From IMG/VR virus record IMGVR_UViG_3300028043_000002, positions 1 to 57,880 of that record: a stretch of 57,880 nucleotides of DNA. The stretch is one strand, 5' to 3'. The notes under the pieces were generated by a model. The model was not told the origin of the DNA, ran no database searches, and saw nothing but the letters and a program-made list of their open reading frames with translations. Both the position numbers and the translations under genes were made by a program. Shown here in pieces: positions 56,039 to 57,880 of this stretch (positions are counted from its first letter, which is position 1; every line of letters begins with the position of its first letter). The DNA is from a virus (Duplodnaviria > Caudoviricetes).

Positions 56039-56230
56039 ATGAAAACTAAGAAGGCTGCTTTGGGGCCTCCAGGGAATCAGGTGGTGTTTGAAGTAGTGAG
56101 TTGTGAATCTTGCCCATATGGGCCGCTCATCCCCGATCAACAGTATTGTTTAAAATCCGATATGAGGCCTCTGAGCCCAGATTGGGAACTTTATCCTGAG
56201 TGGTGCGAATTACCAGATTGGGAGGATTAA
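56039..56230 (+). CDS. Small Cys-rich protein
   Basis: ATG 56039 after AGGAGG; SCESCPY...YC...P.WC.LP. Confidence 0.65.
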   Translation: MKTKKAALGPPGNQVVFEVVSCESCPYGPLIPDQQYCLKSDMRPLSPDWELYPEWCELPDWED

Positions 56231-56232
56231 AG

Positions 56233-56706
56233 ATGGATCCAGTTTGTGAAATTTGTCACCGAGAGTTTTTGTTAGACCAGCAGCTGCCCCAAGAGATCAA
56301 GAATGTTCTAGTTCTGGATCTTATAGGAGCTGCAGGTTTGGATTTCTACGACCATTGGGACAAAAGCTACCAACAAAATGGCGCTACTACTCTGGAGGTG
56401 GGCGAGGATGAGAAGTATGCCATAGCCAAAATTTCCCTCGACCTACTACCTAAGTTCGGTACTGTGTGTGGTGACGTCCCCAACAGCCCTTTCACTAAAG
56501 AGGTTATCGCTTTTCTGCGGCGGCGGGGCATTACTTTCGTGTTGGCCATTGTCTCCCAACTGCAGCCCGAAATTGCTTCATTGGCAGTCGCCATCGCTAA
56601 TGAGGATCATGGTATGAAGTTCGAAGACATGGTGAGTGGTAGGGGTGGCTCCCTTCGCTGGGATCCTAGCCGAGTGGTTGGCTGGGCGGTTTATGAAAGT
56701 GAATAG
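56233..56706 (+). CDS. Hypothetical protein
   Basis: ATG 56233 after GGAGG; MDPVCEIC. Confidence 0.7.
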   Translation: MDPVCEICHREFLLDQQLPQEIKNVLVLDLIGAAGLDFYDHWDKSYQQNGATTLEVGEDEKYAIAKISLDLLPKFGTVCGDVPNSPFTKEVIAFLRRRGITFVLAIVSQLQPEIASLAVAIANEDHGMKFEDMVSGRGGSLRWDPSRVVGWAVYESE

Positions 56707-56917
56707 CAAAGATACTAATTTTACATCACGGCTTGTAATAATCTTTTCGAACTCCTGCTCCCTATGGTGGCCTATTCGCTGTACTTCAAACCCCCATGTC
56801 TTATGGTGGTTTGTTGACGCCACCGTGCGACAGGAACGTAGTTTAGTTCTTTTCGTTGACGGCAGTGGAACGCTTTTACCCTTGGTAAAAAGGGATTAAA
56901 CAAACCGGAGGAATTGT

Positions 56918-57880
56918 ATGCGCTTTGACAATTTAACTCTGAAAGCCCAGGAAGCCTTACATGGAGCACAAGAGTTGGCCCGTCGTCTGAATAACCCTCA
57001 GATCGAGACGGCTCATCTGCTGCGCGAACTCTTGGCTCAGGAAAAGGGCCTCATCCGGCCCCTCCTGAAAAAACTCGAAGTTGATCCCCAGAGAATCATC
57101 CAGAAATTGGAAGATCGGCTTACCCGCCTTCCCAAAGTGAGCGGCGACGCCCAGGTCTATCTTTCCCCCAGTCTCAATAAAGTCCTGGATGAGGCCTTTA
57201 AGCAGGCTGGCGCTATGCGGGACGAGTACGTCTCCACTGAGCACCTCTTTTACGGGATGTCAGTGGATAAAAGGAGTGATACCGGCAAACTACTTGCAAA
57301 TGCTGGAATCACCTCCGAGACTATTCTTCAGGCTCTGGTAGAGCTTAGGGGCTCCACTCGTATCACTGACCAAGATCCTGAGGAAGAGGTTCGACCCTTA
57401 GAGGTGTTTGGCCGAGACCTTACGGAGGCAGCTCGAGATGACAAGCTCGATCCGGTCATTGGTCGAGATGGAGAAATTCGACGTATCATCCAGGTTCTCA
57501 GTCGGCGCACCAAGAACAATCCAGTCTTGATCGGTGAGGCGGGAGTAGGAAAAACTGCTATTGTGGAAGGATTAGCCCAGCGCATCGTCAACGGTGATGT
57601 GCCTGAGTCTCTGAAGGACAAGCGCTTAGTAGCCTTAGATCTGGGATCTTTGATAGCGGGTACCGCGTTTCGCGGGGAGTTCGAGGCCCGCTTGAAAGCA
57701 GTGCTGAAAGAAATCACCGAGTCAAAAGGTCAGATTATCATGTTCATCGACGAGCTCCACACCCTAGTAGGAGTGGGGGCTGCAGAAGGTTCTATGGATG
57801 GCAGCAACATGATCAAGCCCGCATTGGCACAAGGAGTACTCCGCTGCGTGGGGGCTACTACTTTAAATGAGTACCGCAAG
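56918..57880 (+). CDS. clpB: ATP-dependent chaperone ClpB (3' truncated by the window; missing from the ORF track)
   Basis: [14 protein letters not shown] Clp N-domain, [51 protein letters not shown] and [10 protein letters not shown]; GGAGG RBS. Confidence 0.93.
   Translation, partial: MRFDNLTLKAQEALHGAQELARRLNNPQIETAHLLRELLAQEKGLIRPLLKKLEVDPQRIIQKLEDRLTRLPKVSGDAQVYLSPSLNKVLDEAFKQAGAMRDEYVSTEHLFYGMSVDKRSDTGKLLANAGITSETILQALVELRGSTRITDQDPEEEVRPLEVFGRDLTEAARDDKLDPVIGRDGEIRRIIQVLSRRTKNNPVLIGEAGVGKTAIVEGLAQRIVNGDVPESLKDKRLVALDLGSLIAGTAFRGEFEARLKAVLKEITESKGQIIMFIDELHTLVGVGAAEGSMDGSNMIKPALAQGVLRCVGATTLNEYRK

Noticed and set aside
56957-57717. Minus-strand ORFs at the right end
   Set aside because: They are antisense shadows of clpB.
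1-57880. tRNA/rRNA genes, introns or inteins (including in nrdJ), and stop-codon recoding
   Set aside because: No cloverleaf or intein signature was noticed by eye, nrdJ is of normal length, and genes read cleanly in the standard code.

Overview
Segment of a large tailed dsDNA phage genome (siphovirus-like; strong AAGGAGG Shine-Dalgarno sites and sigma70-type promoters point to a bacterial host, and a B12-dependent RNR fits an anaerobe). 1-20.8 kb (+) is a tail/lysis module: end of the tape measure gene, BR0599/DUF2163 hub, NlpC/P60, tail tip, a 2351-aa repeat-rich distal-tail protein, holin-like genes, an AdoMet decarboxylase and LamG fibres. 20.9-24.9 kb (-) holds class II RNR nrdJ, a 5'-3' exonuclease and small ORFs. 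25-57.9 kb (+) is a dense early/accessory region of mostly small ORFs, with a QNG1/DUF2419-like gene, PcfJ, two AAA ATPases, a DUF2201/VWA protein, methyltransferases, an array of 14-bp repeats and the start of clpB. Top observations: (1) at least 11 otherwise unrelated small proteins share a C-x2-C-x2-R-[IV]-[DE]-C-[IL] tag, suggesting a constant-docking/variable-payload adaptor system; (2) two early genes are almost free of cytosine on the coding strand (1 C in 285 nt; 6 C in 255 nt); (3) two repeated leader motifs show compensatory base changes; (4) a GAAACTTCTAAACG array lies next to one member of a three-gene paralog family; (5) a chain of sub-60-aa micro-ORFs shares a hydrophobic N-terminal strand; (6) there are possible decoys of defence proteins (half ABC-ATPase, MazF-like, E2-like). 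All family calls are from motif recognition by eye; no database searches were run.
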